This document shows positions 27,076 to 41,249 of a DNA stretch of 64,000 nucleotides, piece by piece. Positions within the stretch are counted from its first letter, which is position 1. Every line of letters starts with the position of its first letter. The translations under genes and the position numbers were made by a program. The DNA lies in NCBI GenBank assembly GCA_964016885.1, contig OZ024744.1:57226001-57290000 (forward strand). Reading direction: 5' to 3'. The notes beneath the pieces are model-generated. The model was not told where the DNA came from, ran no database searches, and saw nothing but the letters and a program-made list of their open reading frames with translations. Origin of the DNA: Eledone cirrhosa. Lineage: Eukaryota.

Positions 27076-30000
27076 TCGCAAAACTAATTCATCGCCGCTA
27101 TGACATTAGCTTGTGCCAAGCTGAAAGGTTATTGAAAGACACTGTTTTCTGTTATATAAAAACTACAATAACAACAGAACAAATCCGCTTCTTAAAACAC
27201 TGTGTTTCCTCCAAAACATACACAACAAACATATCAAAACAAGTAAATAATTTATTATTGAACAAAACACAAGCTGAACGGCTAAAACACACAATAACAG
27301 TTAATATGAAAAGAACAACATACACAAAAGTCAACGCACTCTACAGACAAAAACGCATCAACGGTAAGGAAATCCGAAATCTCATCACAGCAAACGAGAG
27401 AGATGACTTCATGAGCGTCATCCGACGCGAAACGAAATATGCTCAAAACGAATGCTGTAGGCATTTCAAGAAGAAATTAGAATGGATGAATAAGAAAAAA
27501 CTACAAGAAAGGAAAATCAAATATTCTCAAAAATACCCAGATAACATCGACAACATCCGTATGAACGATGTAAAACTACCGGAAGAATTTACCAATGACC
27601 ACACAGTAAATATCTATGGGAACACTTTAATCAGTGAACAAGAACAGCAAATCCTAAAGTTACCACCAAAATTTGCCATCTACAAAAAGATTAACCCTAT
27701 GGAATGCAAAACGAAGCTGGAAAAGTGTTTCACAAAAATACGTTGGAATGCAAAGGTAAACAACAACAACAATAATAACGGTAGTAGTAATATAAACAAT
27801 AACTCTGGGTATAGAAATAACAGCCATAACCATAACAATGGCAGGAAAGTGAGAAATAGTGATAATGGCAATAATACTAGCGATAGACAGAACAACAACA
27901 ACCACAATAATAATAATAATAGAAACGTTAACCACAGACACAGCAACAGTGACCACAGTAGTAATAACGGTAACAATACGAACAACAACAACAACAATAA
28001 CCACAGTGGTAATAATGGAAATAGTACATGTAGCAACATCAACAAAAACAAGAAACATAATAATAATAACAACCACAATGGTAGAAATAGCAGTAACAAC
28101 AACAACAATAACGATGAAGTAAACAACAATACATCTAGCAATCATAACAATAATAATAATATTAATGCTAATGATAGAAACAACAACAACCACCATGATA
28201 ACAATAATAGCAACACACACAACTATGACGATAGAAATAACGACAACCCCTTAGAGAAACTATTTTTCAACCCAGCTGACAAAACATATAAGATGGGTAA
28301 TATCTATCCTACGAGGTTACCCTTTAATAAAAGAGTTTGCATACCACAGCAAATAGATGACGAGACGGAGGCACAGTTCACCATAGCTAGAAATAAGATT
28401 AGACAAGTAGTAGACAGGTACACTATGAGACAGAGCAGACCAGAGGCCCAACAACTTGGGATAAAACCTGTAGAAGGCTTGGTTAGCCTCAAGCAGCGCA
28501 CAAGGGATGGTGAGGTAGTGTGTCTACCCACAGATAAGTCTGGTAGGATGTCAATAGATAGCATGCCGAACTACATCGAGGTAATGCAACCCCACATCAC
28601 CAACACGAGCGAAGTTGCACAACTAACACACGATGGGAGAGAAAAAATCCTCAACGCTCACATGATGATGTGGACTGACATCCTAAAACCAAGCAGACGC
28701 ACTGCCAACAACTTCCAGGCGTCTAACAATGGCATACCACCCTTGTATGGGCTCCGCAAAGACCACAAGACAGTCGACGACCCGACAACAGGACCACCAA
28801 CAAGACCCGTATGCGGAGCTAATATAGCTAGCAACTACAGGATCTCCTACTTCCTCTCAATGGTTATACGCCCCATAATCAAGATGTCCCCAGATGTATG
28901 TGAAAGTACAGAGGACCTCCTCAGCAGAATCAGTGAGTGCAACAAAAACAGGAGCCTATCCAACTGCATAATAGGCAGCATGGATGTGGTGTCACTGTAC
29001 CCATCCATTAACATTGATTTTGCTGTGAAAAGATGTGTGGAGATGATCATTGAGAGTGAGGTGGAGTTCTGCGACGTCGACACAGACGAACTGAGCCTCC
29101 TACTTAGACTTACCTACGACACTGACTACCTAGACAGCCATGACCTTAGATGTTTCTGCCCTAGTAGACCAATAAGAGGTAGACCCCCCACCATAACCTC
29201 AATGGCTAAAAAGACTCCCATAGGAAGGTGGATTGGGTGGACCAAAGCTATACGGACCCCCCAAAACACTGATCAGGTAAGAAAAATGGTCGCACATGCA
29301 ATAGGGGCTAGTATCAAAACTACCCTAAAGGGCCACATATTTAAGTTCAATGAGAAAATCTACACCCAAAATGAGGGAGCAGCCATCGGCGTCAGCATAG
29401 CTGGTGATGTTGCCAACCTTTTCATGGTATGGTGGGAAAGGAGACTTAAAGATCTCCTTAATGAAAGCTCCATAGACCTCATCATGTACTCTCGTTATGT
29501 AGACGATATCAATATAGTTATAAGAACACCCCCACTAGAGAGCACTAACAAGTTTAATTTAGAACGTAGCACGATGGAAAGCATCCAGCAGATAGCTAAT
29601 TCCATACACCAGAGTATAACTGTAACTATAGACTTCCCTTCCAAACACCCTAACAATAGACTACCTGTATTAGACACAGAACTCTGGATTAACACTATAG
29701 ACGAGAGAGCCCAAATTCTCCACTCACACTATGCTAAACCCATGGCCTCCAAATACCTGATACTCAAAAACTCAGCAATGTCCAGTAGTGCTAAGTTTAA
29801 TATTCTGATCACAGATTTGGTACGAGTGATGAAGAATGTGTCCAGCATGTGCGACCCAACAGAAATGGAAGGACACATCCAACACTTCATTAACCGCATG
29901 CAGTTCTCTGGCTACAACCAAAGAGACAGAGTCAGAGTATACGAAGGAGCCATGGAAAAGTATAAGACCCTCATAGAACTGGACATGAAAGGACTTTGCC

Positions 30001-30653
30001 CACTATACAGGAGCAAATCATGGAATAGCTTAGATAGGGCTAGACATAAGATAGGGAAGGCCACATCATGGTACGACAACCAGAGATATTAGAGTGTCAT
30101 GTTTGTGGACGCCACCCCTGGAGGGAAATTAGCTAACCAGTGTAGAAAGGCCCTGAGAAAGACCCACTTAAAAATAAAGGTGGTAGAAAAGCCAGGAACC
30201 ACCATAAAATCCCTGATCAGCAAAACCTACCCTTTTAAGAAAACCCACTGTACCAATAGGAAATGTATCATATGTAAGGTGAACCCCCGGATAAACTGTA
30301 AAACTAGAAACGTAGTCTATAGCATAAGATGTACAGAGGGTACTTGCAGAAACATGACAACAACATACATAGGTGAGACAGCTTGTAGCATAGGTGAAAG
30401 GATAGACCAACACTGGGGGGAACTAAAAGGACGAAAAAACGGGTCAGTACTATACGAACATGCTAGACAACAACATGACGGTAACATAGACAACATAGAA
30501 ATTAGAATAATATCTAAACATAGGAATGACCCAGCAGATAGGCAAATCAGAGAGGCCAGTGAAATAGAAATTAGAAGACCAAAGCTAAACAGAAAGAATG
30601 AGTGGAACAACAACAACACCCAAACAAACAACACTGACCTAAGAGAAGTATAA
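27076..30653 (+). pseudogene. Second copy of the PLE ORF, lacking the first ~19 codons and with a premature stop
   Basis: Same protein as 22957-26592. Starts at (L)AKLIHRR. CAG>TAG at 30090-30092 splits RT from GIY-YIG. About 7 further amino-acid differences. Confidence 0.93.
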
Positions 30654-30916
30654 ATAAGTAAATAAAATAAAATAAAATAAGATAAATAAATACATACACA
30701 AGCACATAAACACACACTAGTCACCCAGCAGACACAACACTATACACACTAGTCACACATCACACATAACACTATACACACACGCAAACGCATGCGCAAA
30801 GAAGACAAAATAAAATAAGATAAACAAACAAGCAAATAAATAAATAAATATATAGACAGACTGAACAAAAAAAATGGCGTAGACATACAACACAACAGGA
30901 GGAACAATGAATATAA

Positions 30917-30960
30917 CACCACTGACGATGTTGCAGATGTGCAACGAAAGATTTATGTAA
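30917..30960 (+). ncRNA. Hammerhead-like motif in the PLE pseudo-LTR (minus-strand copies at ~22650-22693 and ~26786-26829)
   Basis: CTGACGA-T-GTTGCA(GATG)TGCAAC-GAAA. Core and stem II are clear, but stem I is only ~2 bp in this family member. Confidence 0.6.
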
Positions 30961-31233
30961 ATTATGTAAACTATATGTATGTGTTTGTGTCTATATTGTA
31001 TCTGTATTATTTTTGACCGCCGGTCAGTCAATGGCAACATTGAGGACCGAGTAAGTTAGATCGCAGATATATATATATAAAAGACAGCGAGAAGCGAAAA
31101 CCAACCAAACAGTGAGTGTGTTCTGTTATTAATTCTGGCAATATTACGCAAATATGACCCTCCCCAAATATAACAATATCTGTTTCGACACACGATTTCA
31201 TATAAAAAACCTCGCAAAACTAATTCATCGCCG

Positions 31234-31271
<38 letters not shown>

Positions 31272-31385
31272 TGAAACAAAATGAAAACGAAATTTCATTT
31301 CTCACTCTTAGTATGGCTGCTCAGCCGTTAATTTTCATGAGGAAAGTATATACTTTCGAACGTTCAACTATCTGGCAGATGGGTA

Positions 31386-31430
31386 AACGGTGCTGATGAT
31401 AGCTAACAAGCTTGAAACTAGTACATCGTT
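31386..31430 (+). ncRNA. Type I hammerhead ribozyme
   Basis: AACGGTG-CTGATGA-TAGCT(AACA)AGCTT-GAAA-CTA-GTA^CATCGTT. 7-bp stem I and palindromic stem III ACTAGT. Confidence 0.88.
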
Positions 31431-31857
31431 CCTGTGTCAGTGTTGAGCAAAAAGGTGACGTGGTTGCCTCAACACCGTATGTCATAAATTCAGGCTGTTC
31501 AGTTTGTTTACAAACGAACAAAGCGACGTTATAATAAGCGCCGCTAAACTGATACGTGCATATATGTATGTGTACCTGTATGCATATGTATGTATATATG
31601 TATATATATATATATATATGCATGCTACTGTACGTCTGTATACATATATGTATGTACGTATACATGCATACTTACATTTAAGTAAGTGCCATACTAAGAG
31701 TGAGAAATGAAATTTCGTTTTCATTTTGTTTCAATTTATCGTTTTCGGTATGCCTGACCGATTTAACTCACTCAATATGCAAATTAGGCTGCTCAGCCGT
31801 TAATTTTCATGAGGAAAGTATATACTTTCGAACGTTCAACTATCTGGCAGATGGGTA

Positions 31858-31902
31858 AACGGTGCTGATGATAGCTAACAAGCTTGAAACTAGTACATCG
31901 TT
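31858..31902 (+). ncRNA. Type I hammerhead ribozyme (second tandem copy)
   Basis: Identical to 31386-31430, 472 nt downstream. Confidence 0.88.
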
Positions 31903-32140
31903 CCTGTGTCAGTGTTGAGCAAAAAGGTGACGTGGTTGCCTCAACACCGTATGGCATAAATTCAGGCTGTTCAGTTTGTTTACAAACGAACAAAGCGACG
32001 TTATAATAAGCGCCGCTAAACTGATACGTGCATATATGTATGTGTACCTGTATGCATATGTATGTATATATGTATATATATATATATATATGCATGCTAC
32101 TGTACGTCTGTATACATATATGTATGTACGTATACATGCA

Positions 32141-32244
<104 letters not shown>

Positions 32245-32261
32245 GTGTGTGTATGTATGTG

Positions 32262-33173
32262 TATATTTCGTTTCTGAATTTGTTTAGCAAGATTCTTTAT
32301 CTGAAAGCGTGTGTTGAAACCGATATTGTTATACTTTGGGAAGGTCATGTTGCCAATAAGAAACACACGCACCAGTTGCTTTCACTTCACTTTATTATAA
32401 TAAATTTATAAATTTAGGAATTTATATATTTCCGGTTGGTTGGTTGGTTCCACAACCAGATGATTGTTTATATATATATTGTCAAAGTTCTTTCGTCACA
32501 CATTCTGTGACCTCTTCAGTGACTGGGGATTTTTTCTTTGTTTTTGTGCCTCTCCTTTGTTCTGTCCTACGCCATCTTGTTTGTGTGTGTGTGTGTTGTG
32601 TGCTTAGTTTGCGCATGTGTTACATCCTGGTGTCTGTGTGTGTTTATATTCGTTTATTTATTTGTTTATTTACATGTTACTGGTTGGTTGTTTGTTCTAT
32701 GTGTGTGTGTTTTCATTTTGTCCTTAATTGTAAGTTGTGATGTTGCTGTTCCACTCGTGTTTTCTATTTAATTTTGGTTGGAGTTCATTTATGTTTATTG
32801 TCTCTGTGATTTGTCTAAACATTGCGTCTTTTTTTTTTTTTTAAAGACGCAGTGTTTAGACAAATCACAGAGGCAATAAACATAAATGAACTCCAAACTA
32901 AGCACACAACACACACACACAAACAAGATGGCGTAGGACAGAACAAAGGAGAGGCACAAAAGCAAAGAAAAGAATCCCCAGTCACTGAAGAGGTCACAGA
33001 ATGTGTGACGAAAGAACTTTGATAATATATATATAAACAATCATCTGGTTGTGGAACCAACCAACCAACCGGAAATTTATAAATTCCTAAATTTATAAAT
33101 TTATTATAATTAATTGAAGTGAAAGCAACTGGTGCGTGTGTTTTTTATTGGCAACATGACCCTCCCAAAGTAT

Positions 33174-33180
<7 letters not shown>
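32262..33180. mobile_element. Inverted pair of PLE pseudo-LTRs (sister family) in (TA)n
   Basis: 32262-32830 (-) matches 12235-12800. ~32845-33180 (+) is an inverted, internally deleted copy ending MTLPKYNN-(TA)n. Confidence 0.85.
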
Positions 33181-33268
<88 letters not shown>

Positions 33269-34805
33269 GGAACAAGTAAGACCCCGACGGCTGAGCTCAG
33301 CCGTCGGGGTCTTACTTGTTCCTATTACCCACTCTACTACCCTAAGTATTGAGTACTTTGGTGCGTTATGGTCCACCTGGTTCCTTACCACATTTCCTTC
33401 GTTATATATATATATATATATTACTCTAAACATAAGAACACGAGGAGGTATCTCAGATTCGATTAGTCTTGGGCTATGACAACCTGTCCAACCCATGTCA
33501 GCATGGAAAGTGCCATTTAATTAAAATAATTATATTTTTCCTCCCCAAACTACCAAAGCACCCATCTATTTATATATATGCTACAATTTATGTACATGTT
33601 AGGTTTATCACATACCAAAGTTTTTTATATCTTGGTTGATATTTGATAATAACAGCAAAACTAATCATTACAACTAAATTGACTAAATTTGCCCTGCCAC
33701 CAATTCAGAAATACTTCCACCGCCACTGTACTATCATCATCATCATCGTTTGACGTCTATCTTCCTCACTAGAATGGGTTAGACAGGATTCTATATCTAC
33801 ATCTCTTTATACATACTTAGTAATATATAGTATCATGCTGGGTGGAGGTTAGACGGTAAAGTTGTTGAGGTCAATACCCTTTCTCTCTCTCTCTCTTTTT
33901 TTTTTTTTTTTTTTTTACCTTTCTACCCTTCTCTCCCTCTGTGTGTGTGTGACACAAATACCTTTATTACAAATACAGAAATGTTTTTTTTTGTTTTATT
34001 TTTTAAGGGTATATTCTTAGTATTTTGATTAGTTTTCCTTTTCAGTGAATCAGAGAAAGTTATTAATCATTTAATGAATGCATTAATTAATTAGTCGTCC
34101 TAATTTTATCCCATATAAACATGACATCAATGATTTTGCCATGCAACCCTTTCTCAATATCGTATTACACATTTTTAGTCTACTTTGAAACAAATGAAGA
34201 AAAAACAACAACAAAAAAAAACAAAACAAACAGGTAAATAAATAAATAAATAAATAAATAGATCAATAAATAAATGTTTGGATGTGTGATTAAGGAGTTC
34301 ACTTCACAAGTATGTGGTTGAGGGTGGCAGAATAAGCTAGAAAAGAATAAATAAATTACTAGTGAAAATTATTAAAAAATGTTCCTTATATGAATGGTAA
34401 ACATTAATTGACTTTTAGATAAAATATTGATTTCTTTGTCATGTTGGTACTGGGGCCCACATTTGTAGTAGTAGTAGTAGAGAGAGAGAGGGGGGGGGGG
34501 GCAGGAACTGATTGAATAAACCTGAATATATAACTGGTATAGGTTCAGGTATGGCAGCGTGGTTAAGGAGTTTGTTTTGTCACCATGTGGTTTTGTAATC
34601 AGTAACACTGCATGTGGCACCTTGGGCATGTATCTTCTGCTATGGCCTTATGCTAACCAATATCTGCTTTGTGAAATTTGGTAAACTGAAACTATGCAGA
34701 AGCCTGACATTACATAGATACATACATACATACATGCATACATAAATACATACATACACACATACATACACACACATATACATACATACATACATACATA
34801 CATAC

Positions 34806-37800
34806 AGTCAACGCGATCAGTCGCATATTTTGGCGTGGTAGACTATTTATTAAATTTAAGATGAATACTATCTCCGACAGTAATGCCACAACTACAGCCA
34901 GGTTGAATAACTGGTTATTCTTCTAACTATCCCTTCTGAAGACACCTTTTATTCGAATTCGTAGAGATATCCGACTAAATACATAATTCATTTTACAAGG
35001 ATTTGCTACAAACAGCATGGCTGAACACAACATCAACAACAAAATTAAGGAAGTACCGAAGACAAATAACAAGGAAGGTAATCAAACTTTATTCAGTTGT
35101 AGCTACAGAAGAAACCGAAATTATAAATCGCATTTCTCTTGGAGTTGCGAACTTAATAATGATTTATTTAATTCTTATAAAATGGCAAAAAACAATCCCT
35201 CCATTGGCTATATGAATAGAATGAAGCTACACTGGGACGAAATGCACCCAGAGCTAAATTATTTCACAGCGAAACAATTACGCCAACAAGCGACGTTTGT
35301 TGAACGTAAAAATAAGATAAATATTATTAATTGTAAGTCCCCCACAACAAACATGTTATCAACAATACGTGCTACAGGTCGCCATGCTACTAGACTTCCT
35401 AGCAGCCAGGTCGAACAGAGCCTTGAAACAACTATGCCTGTAAGAAACTTGACACCACCTGTACCATCTAAGTCTACCTCGAATGCTGGGGAAAACACTA
35501 TCGATAATAATAATAATCGAAGAAATTTGACACCACGTGTACCATCCGAGTCTACCTCGACTATTGTGGAAAATACTATCGATAATGATAATGAAAAGTA
35601 TAAACAATTGAAAATTTCCCCCAATGAAATCTTCCAGAGAGAAATTAACTCATGTATAAATATCTCTCTTGCTCAACGTGTTAAAACGACAATGTTGAAT
35701 AAAAAACCAAATAATGAAATATTACGTGTTATTGACGAAATAGGGGATGAATATTTACGACGGATAAAAACCCCAACATTTTTGCAAATCAACGCCTGTT
35801 TATATGCCTTAGCAATGACAGTGAAACATTATCTTGGTGATAGCAGAGATATTAACAAGAATAAAACACCACCAAAAATACCATCATATATAACTAAAAC
35901 AGAAAAAAAGATTGCTGACCTACGAAAAAACAGAGGAGATGTGACAATGCTCCTTACATGCAAACAAACACAAAAAAACCTCACTCCTCACCAACAAAGA
36001 GTGAAAAATAAAATAGAGACGATGTTTGGTAACAGTAGAACCAGAACTCTCCAATATAAGCTGATCACCCTCAAACAAGAATTGAGAGCTGTTAGCGAAA
36101 AACGCCGATACCTGAAGAAGGTAGATGAGAGAAAAGTGCTTAATAATAGATTCAGTTGAAACCAAACATCAGTCTATAGAGATATGAAGGGCAAAATAAT
36201 AAGTGTCACTGAGGCCCCATCCCAGAAAGACAGATTCCATTTGGAGCAAAATATGGGGTGAAAAGAAGAATTTCAACCAAGATGCAGTGTGGCTAAGAGA
36301 AATCCGAAAGAACTATTGCTCCTACACTACAACAAAACATACGAAATAAGTGAGGGTACCCTTGAGACTGTGATAGGAAAACTCCAAGATAAGAAAACAC
36401 CAGGAAGAGACATGATTGTCGGCTACTGGTACAAAAAACTGATATTCTATCGGAGGTATCTTACTGACCTCTACCAACAAGTTCTTAAGGGAGATACACT
36501 TATACCAGAATGGTTGACATTAGCACAAACATTACTGGTCCCCAAGAACAAAGACACCCACTTGGCAAAAAACTACCGACCCATTGCATGCCAGAACCTG
36601 ATGTATAAGATGTGTACAGCCTGCCTGAACCTATTCCAAGATCACTGTGAAAATAATAACATCATCGCAGATGAACAAGCAGCTGGAAAGAAAGGGGTTT
36701 GGGGATGTGCTGAACAACTCCTAATCAACAAAACTGCGATGTCGGAGGTGCGACAGCTTAGGAGGAATATGACTACAGTCTGGCTGGACTACAGGAAAGC
36801 TTTTGATTCTGTTCCCCACTCTTGGATGATAGAGGCCCTCCAACTTGCTAAAGTCCCAGACATTATTGTCAGAGCCATAGAGAGGCTGTCTTCTTCTTGG
36901 GCTACTATCCTAAGGTTAAAGACAGAGAGAGAGGACTCTATTTTCACTGATAAAATAAAATATTGCAGGGGTATATTTCAGGGGGACAGTCTCTCTGTGA
37001 TATTATTCATCTTGTCATTAAACACCTTGTCCTTTCTGCTCAAGAAATGTGATGGATGCATCATTGGCTCACAGGAGGACAGAAATACGTTCCTAACCCA
37101 TAATTTCTTTGTGGACGATCTGAAACTCTATGCCAAGAACATGGATGGGATGAAGAAAAATATTGACCTGGTTACAACATTCTCAAAGGATATATGAATG
37201 GAGTTTGGCCAAGATAAATGCTCATACATGACTGTAAAGCGGGGAAAAACAACAACCCAATCTAGCAACATTGTCATCAACGGCCTAACTGTTTCACCGA
37301 TATCTGATGAGGACTGCTACAGATACCTGGGGATAGATGAGAACATATCCTATAATGGTATCTGTAATAAAGAACGCGTAACCAAGGAATACTACACCCG
37401 ATTAAGAAAGATCTGGTCATCGGAACTCTCTGCGCAAAACAAAATAGTGGCTCACAATGTGTTTTCTGTGCCTGTCCTAACACCAACGTTTGGAATACTC
37501 AATTGGACGATAGACGAAATCCGAGCAGTTGATGTTGGAACTCGAAAAATACTGAACAACACCGGAAACTTCCACATCAACAGTGACATAGACCGCCTTT
37601 ACTTGAAACGTAAGCAGGGAGGCAGAGGCCTAACATCAGTCCAGACAACATTTGAATGTCGCATCATATCTTTCCGACATCTACGAACCTTGAAGCGTAG
37701 GAGCCCGTTTCTCGAGCAAGTCTATCTGGATGAAAAAGATAAGATCATGAGAGTTGGGAAGGAACTCCTCGAGAGATATTCCCTGTGTGATAATCAAAAA

Positions 37801-38884
37801 CTCACATCCAGGGATGTCGCTCAGCAGTATCGCAGTGAATCCATGGATGAAAAACTGCATGCCTATCAGCAAAAAATCATGCATGGATATGTTGTCAGGA
37901 AGCTCCAGAGTGAGAGTAATATAGATAAGGAAAGTAGTTTATCTTGGACCAACAACCGCTATATTGGCTCCCACTTTGAAGGATACGCAATCCAGGAACA
38001 GGAGTTTAGCACGAAATACCTGATTCACAAAAGAGATAGGGATGCAGGCAAAACACCTAGATGTGATAAAGAGTGCAGACTCTGCAGAACTAACATCGAG
38101 GATATTACCCATGTCATCAGCAGCTGTCCAAAGATGTCATCGCGGTACTATCTACCTATGAGGCATGATGTAGTGGCCAAAACACTGTACAATGCAGTTC
38201 GTAAAAAAGATAGCCCCGATAATAAACACATTAAAAGCTACAGCAATGTGGAAGACATCCATGTACATAATATGAAAGAGTACTGGTGGAATGTTCCAGT
38301 AAAAACCCCAATAAAATGCAGGCATAACAGACCAGATATTATGATATGGGACAGAGCGAAGAAAGCATGCACAGTAGTGGAAATTAGCTGCCCAGCAGAT
38401 GCCAATATAATATCAAAGATTAGTGAAAAGGAGAATATTTATGCAGAACTGATGAGAAATCTGCAGATACTCCACCCTGATTACACCATCAGATTTATGC
38501 CTGTGATTATTGGGGCACTGGGATATGTTAGTAACTGCCTCAATACAAATCTTGAGAAGCTGGGCTGAAAGAACACAACTAGTTAGGAAATTACAAGTAC
38601 AAACCATTAATGGAACAGTAAAAATATGTAAGACATTCCAAACATTTTGCATCTAATAACTGCATATACACATATACAGATGCAAAGCATATACACATGC
38701 ACACATACAACTCAAAACATCCTCATCCACACATACAATAACATCCATATCTACACATGCATGAATACATACATACCTACCTAGTTGATGTTGTGTAAAT
38801 TCCAATGAGAGAGTAGTGCGTCTATGTTAGAAACCGACTCTCTCTCTATTGGTAAAACTTTGTGAAATTATAAAACCAGAAGAA
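34806..38884 (+). mobile_element. Near full-length R4/Dong-clade non-LTR retrotransposon (RT + CCHC + restriction-like endonuclease), a few frameshifts and stops
   Basis: ORF pieces 35017-38655: NYRPIAC, WLDYRKAFDSVPHSW, GIFQGDSLS, FFVDDLKLY, YRYLGI, GGRGL, CRLC...HVISSC, RHDVVA, RPDI...VVEISCP..KENIY. Flanked by (TACA)n. Confidence 0.93.
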
Positions 38885-38896
38885 CATACATACATA

Positions 38897-39480
38897 TGGT
38901 GGCTGCCAACTCGTTTTCGAGTACGGCCACTACTTTATATCCATGTAGGAGAACCCCTACCGATGCGCTGAACGAGTGTGACTTTTTAGTCCAGCCAGCG
39001 ACTTGAAAACTCTGATACAAACACTACACTTGTGACAATTATTGACACATAGTGCTGGGCCCATGGTACCATGTGACGACAAGTGCAGAGAGATCTCCAG
39101 ATATAAAGCAATGCCTGTGCCGTAAAGCTTTTATAGTGAGCAAAAGCACTGCACAAAGCCAGTCCCACTCTCTTAACCAAGATGATATTTACCAAAAAGA
39201 AGAATAAGTCAACATCATTGGATACCATCAGAGTTGCAGATGTTATATCAGAGTTTTCCTTCTCCTAGAATTCTGCCTTGACAAAGGCTAAGGAGTCATC
39301 TCTCCCGGTGATTTTGGATGGCCATTGACTCTTAAGAGCTCCTTTGCCCTTTGACAGGTTTTGTTTTTAGTCCTGCAGGATGTCCAAAGTCACCCTCCTC
39401 ACCAAGAAACCTTGGTGGGGTTGCCAGTTTAGCCGCCATGAGACAGGTTGTACTGGGGTACATGTTACCAGTAGCACCAT
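38897..39480 (-). mobile_element. Bipartite non-autonomous RTE derivative (5'UTR-like part + zinc-finger 3' end + (TGTA)n tail)
   Basis: 38897-39195 is the reverse complement of 312-606. 39200-39480 matches 47230-47445 and contains GGAGAAGGAAAACTCTG, which I recall from RTE 5' regions. Confidence 0.6.
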
Positions 39481-39562
39481 ACATACATACATACATACAT
39501 ACATACATACATACATACATACATACATACATACATACATACATACATACATACATACATAC

Positions 39563-40320
39563 ACTCAGTTTGGCACAGATAAATTCAGAAAAAAAGTAAT
39601 GGATAATAAAAACAGCATTTTTTATATAACAAATAAATATATTTCAGTGAAACTTTACACACAGTTGGGCACATATATAAGGTACAAAATCACTGGATGT
39701 GGTCACCATTGGTAGCCCCCACTTTCGACAGGTATCCCTGTCAATGTTGGCAATGTCATCCCTGATAGCTGCTTTGAGAGCCTACATGGTGTTGTAGGTC
39801 TTGCTGTTCAACTCCCTCTCCAAAACATCAAGAGGATTACAGTCAGGCGATGTGGGGGAGCCATAAGTTGGGTGACCAGTGGTATGGCACATTGGTGAAG
39901 AACCAGGCCTGGGTGCTCTTGGCAGCCTCCTGATGAAAGACATACTGCCTCCCATTAACCACCCTGTCCATCCAAGGCTTGATGTCCTCGTTCAAGAACC
40001 TCATGTAGAAGTTGGCACCAAGGTGGAGGCCTCAGGGACGAACTTGGGTACCCTGGTGGTGCCAGAGTGCTTCTTATGAGTCCTGTGTTCTGGCCTAAAA
40101 TCAACCTTGCCGTCTAAGGCCCCATATGCCTTTTCAAGGTCATAGACCATGGTTTTTAAGGTATTTAAACCATTTAATGATTTCCTTGGCTTTGTGTCCA
40201 GCGCTAAGGTTCTCCACAACAGCAGCTCAATGATCATATTCTGAAGACATGTCGATTACTAAGCGCCTCATATGCCAATGGCTAGACAGCTACTGGGGTG
40301 TTAATACTTTATAATTTAAA
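39563..40320 (-). mobile_element. Tc1/mariner transposase relic
   Basis: Minus strand ~39830-39870 reads WLPTSPDCNPLD (the WPxxSPDLNP motif), with upstream GRQYVFHQ..APR. Heavily disrupted. Confidence 0.7.
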
Positions 40321-41249
40321 GAACATGATGACAAAATAAGGCTGATTTTTATTTCTGTAGCAGATAACATATACGGGTCTGCAAATAATTGTCTATGTAA
40401 TGAAAATGGAGAAATTTTTATCATTTTTGCATTACAATTTATGAGTTCTTAAATTTGACCATCAAATTTTTATTTTTGTTTGAATAAGTTGAAACAATGG
40501 TTTCTGATTTAGGCACAAGGCTAGCAATATCCAGGGGGGGGGGGGGAGTCAATTAAATCAAACCCAGTGCATTTCTGGTACTTTATTTTTTGACCTCCGT
40601 AAGGATGAAAGGCAAAGCTAACCTCAGCGGAATATGAACTCTATGCTGCAAAACAGATGTCTGGTGCTGTACTGATACTGCTAATCCACTACCTTAGTAA
40701 GATAGTAAGATGAAATAAGAATCATTATTGCATGCAGCGAAGTTAGAGCGTTGGATACCTTCATTGCTTATAGTTGCAGCCCTTTATATTCTGAGTTCAA
40801 ATCCTACTGAGGTTAGATTTGCCTTGTGCCTATAGTAGAAATTAGTATTACAGGAAATAGGGTGGTGGATTGGCAGTTTCAATAGAGCATGGGACAACAT
40901 GCTTTGTTGCATAGAGTTATGGCCCTTTAAGTTCTAAGTTCAAATCTTGCCGAGGTTAGCTTTGCCTTTCATCCTTAAGGAGTTGCAAAATAGAGTACCA
41001 ATAATGCACTGGAGTCCATTTAATCAACTTTCCCCTGTTGGCTTTGTGCCTAAATCAGAAATTTGTTCACAAGTTCTGAAATTTGTCTTTAAATTTTATT
41101 TTTTGTTTGATCAAATTAAAATAACAGGAATCAGTATTACTGGAAAAAATCTGAATACTTTTAAATAAACATATAATTGGAATCTTTGTAATTTTGTAAT
41201 TAATTCCTTTTAAAAGGATCAAATAAACCATCTCTCAGCGAAGTAGGAG

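Noticed and set aside
30090-30092. Programmed read-through or selenocysteine between RT and GIY-YIG
   Set aside because: The codon is TAG, not TGA, and the other arm has CAG; a simple C>T mutation.
34806-35016. HDV-like or hammerhead ribozyme in the Dong 5'UTR (CTGAAGA at ~34936)
   Set aside because: Could not build the nested pseudoknot or find a matching GAAA and stem III by eye; needs a descriptor search.
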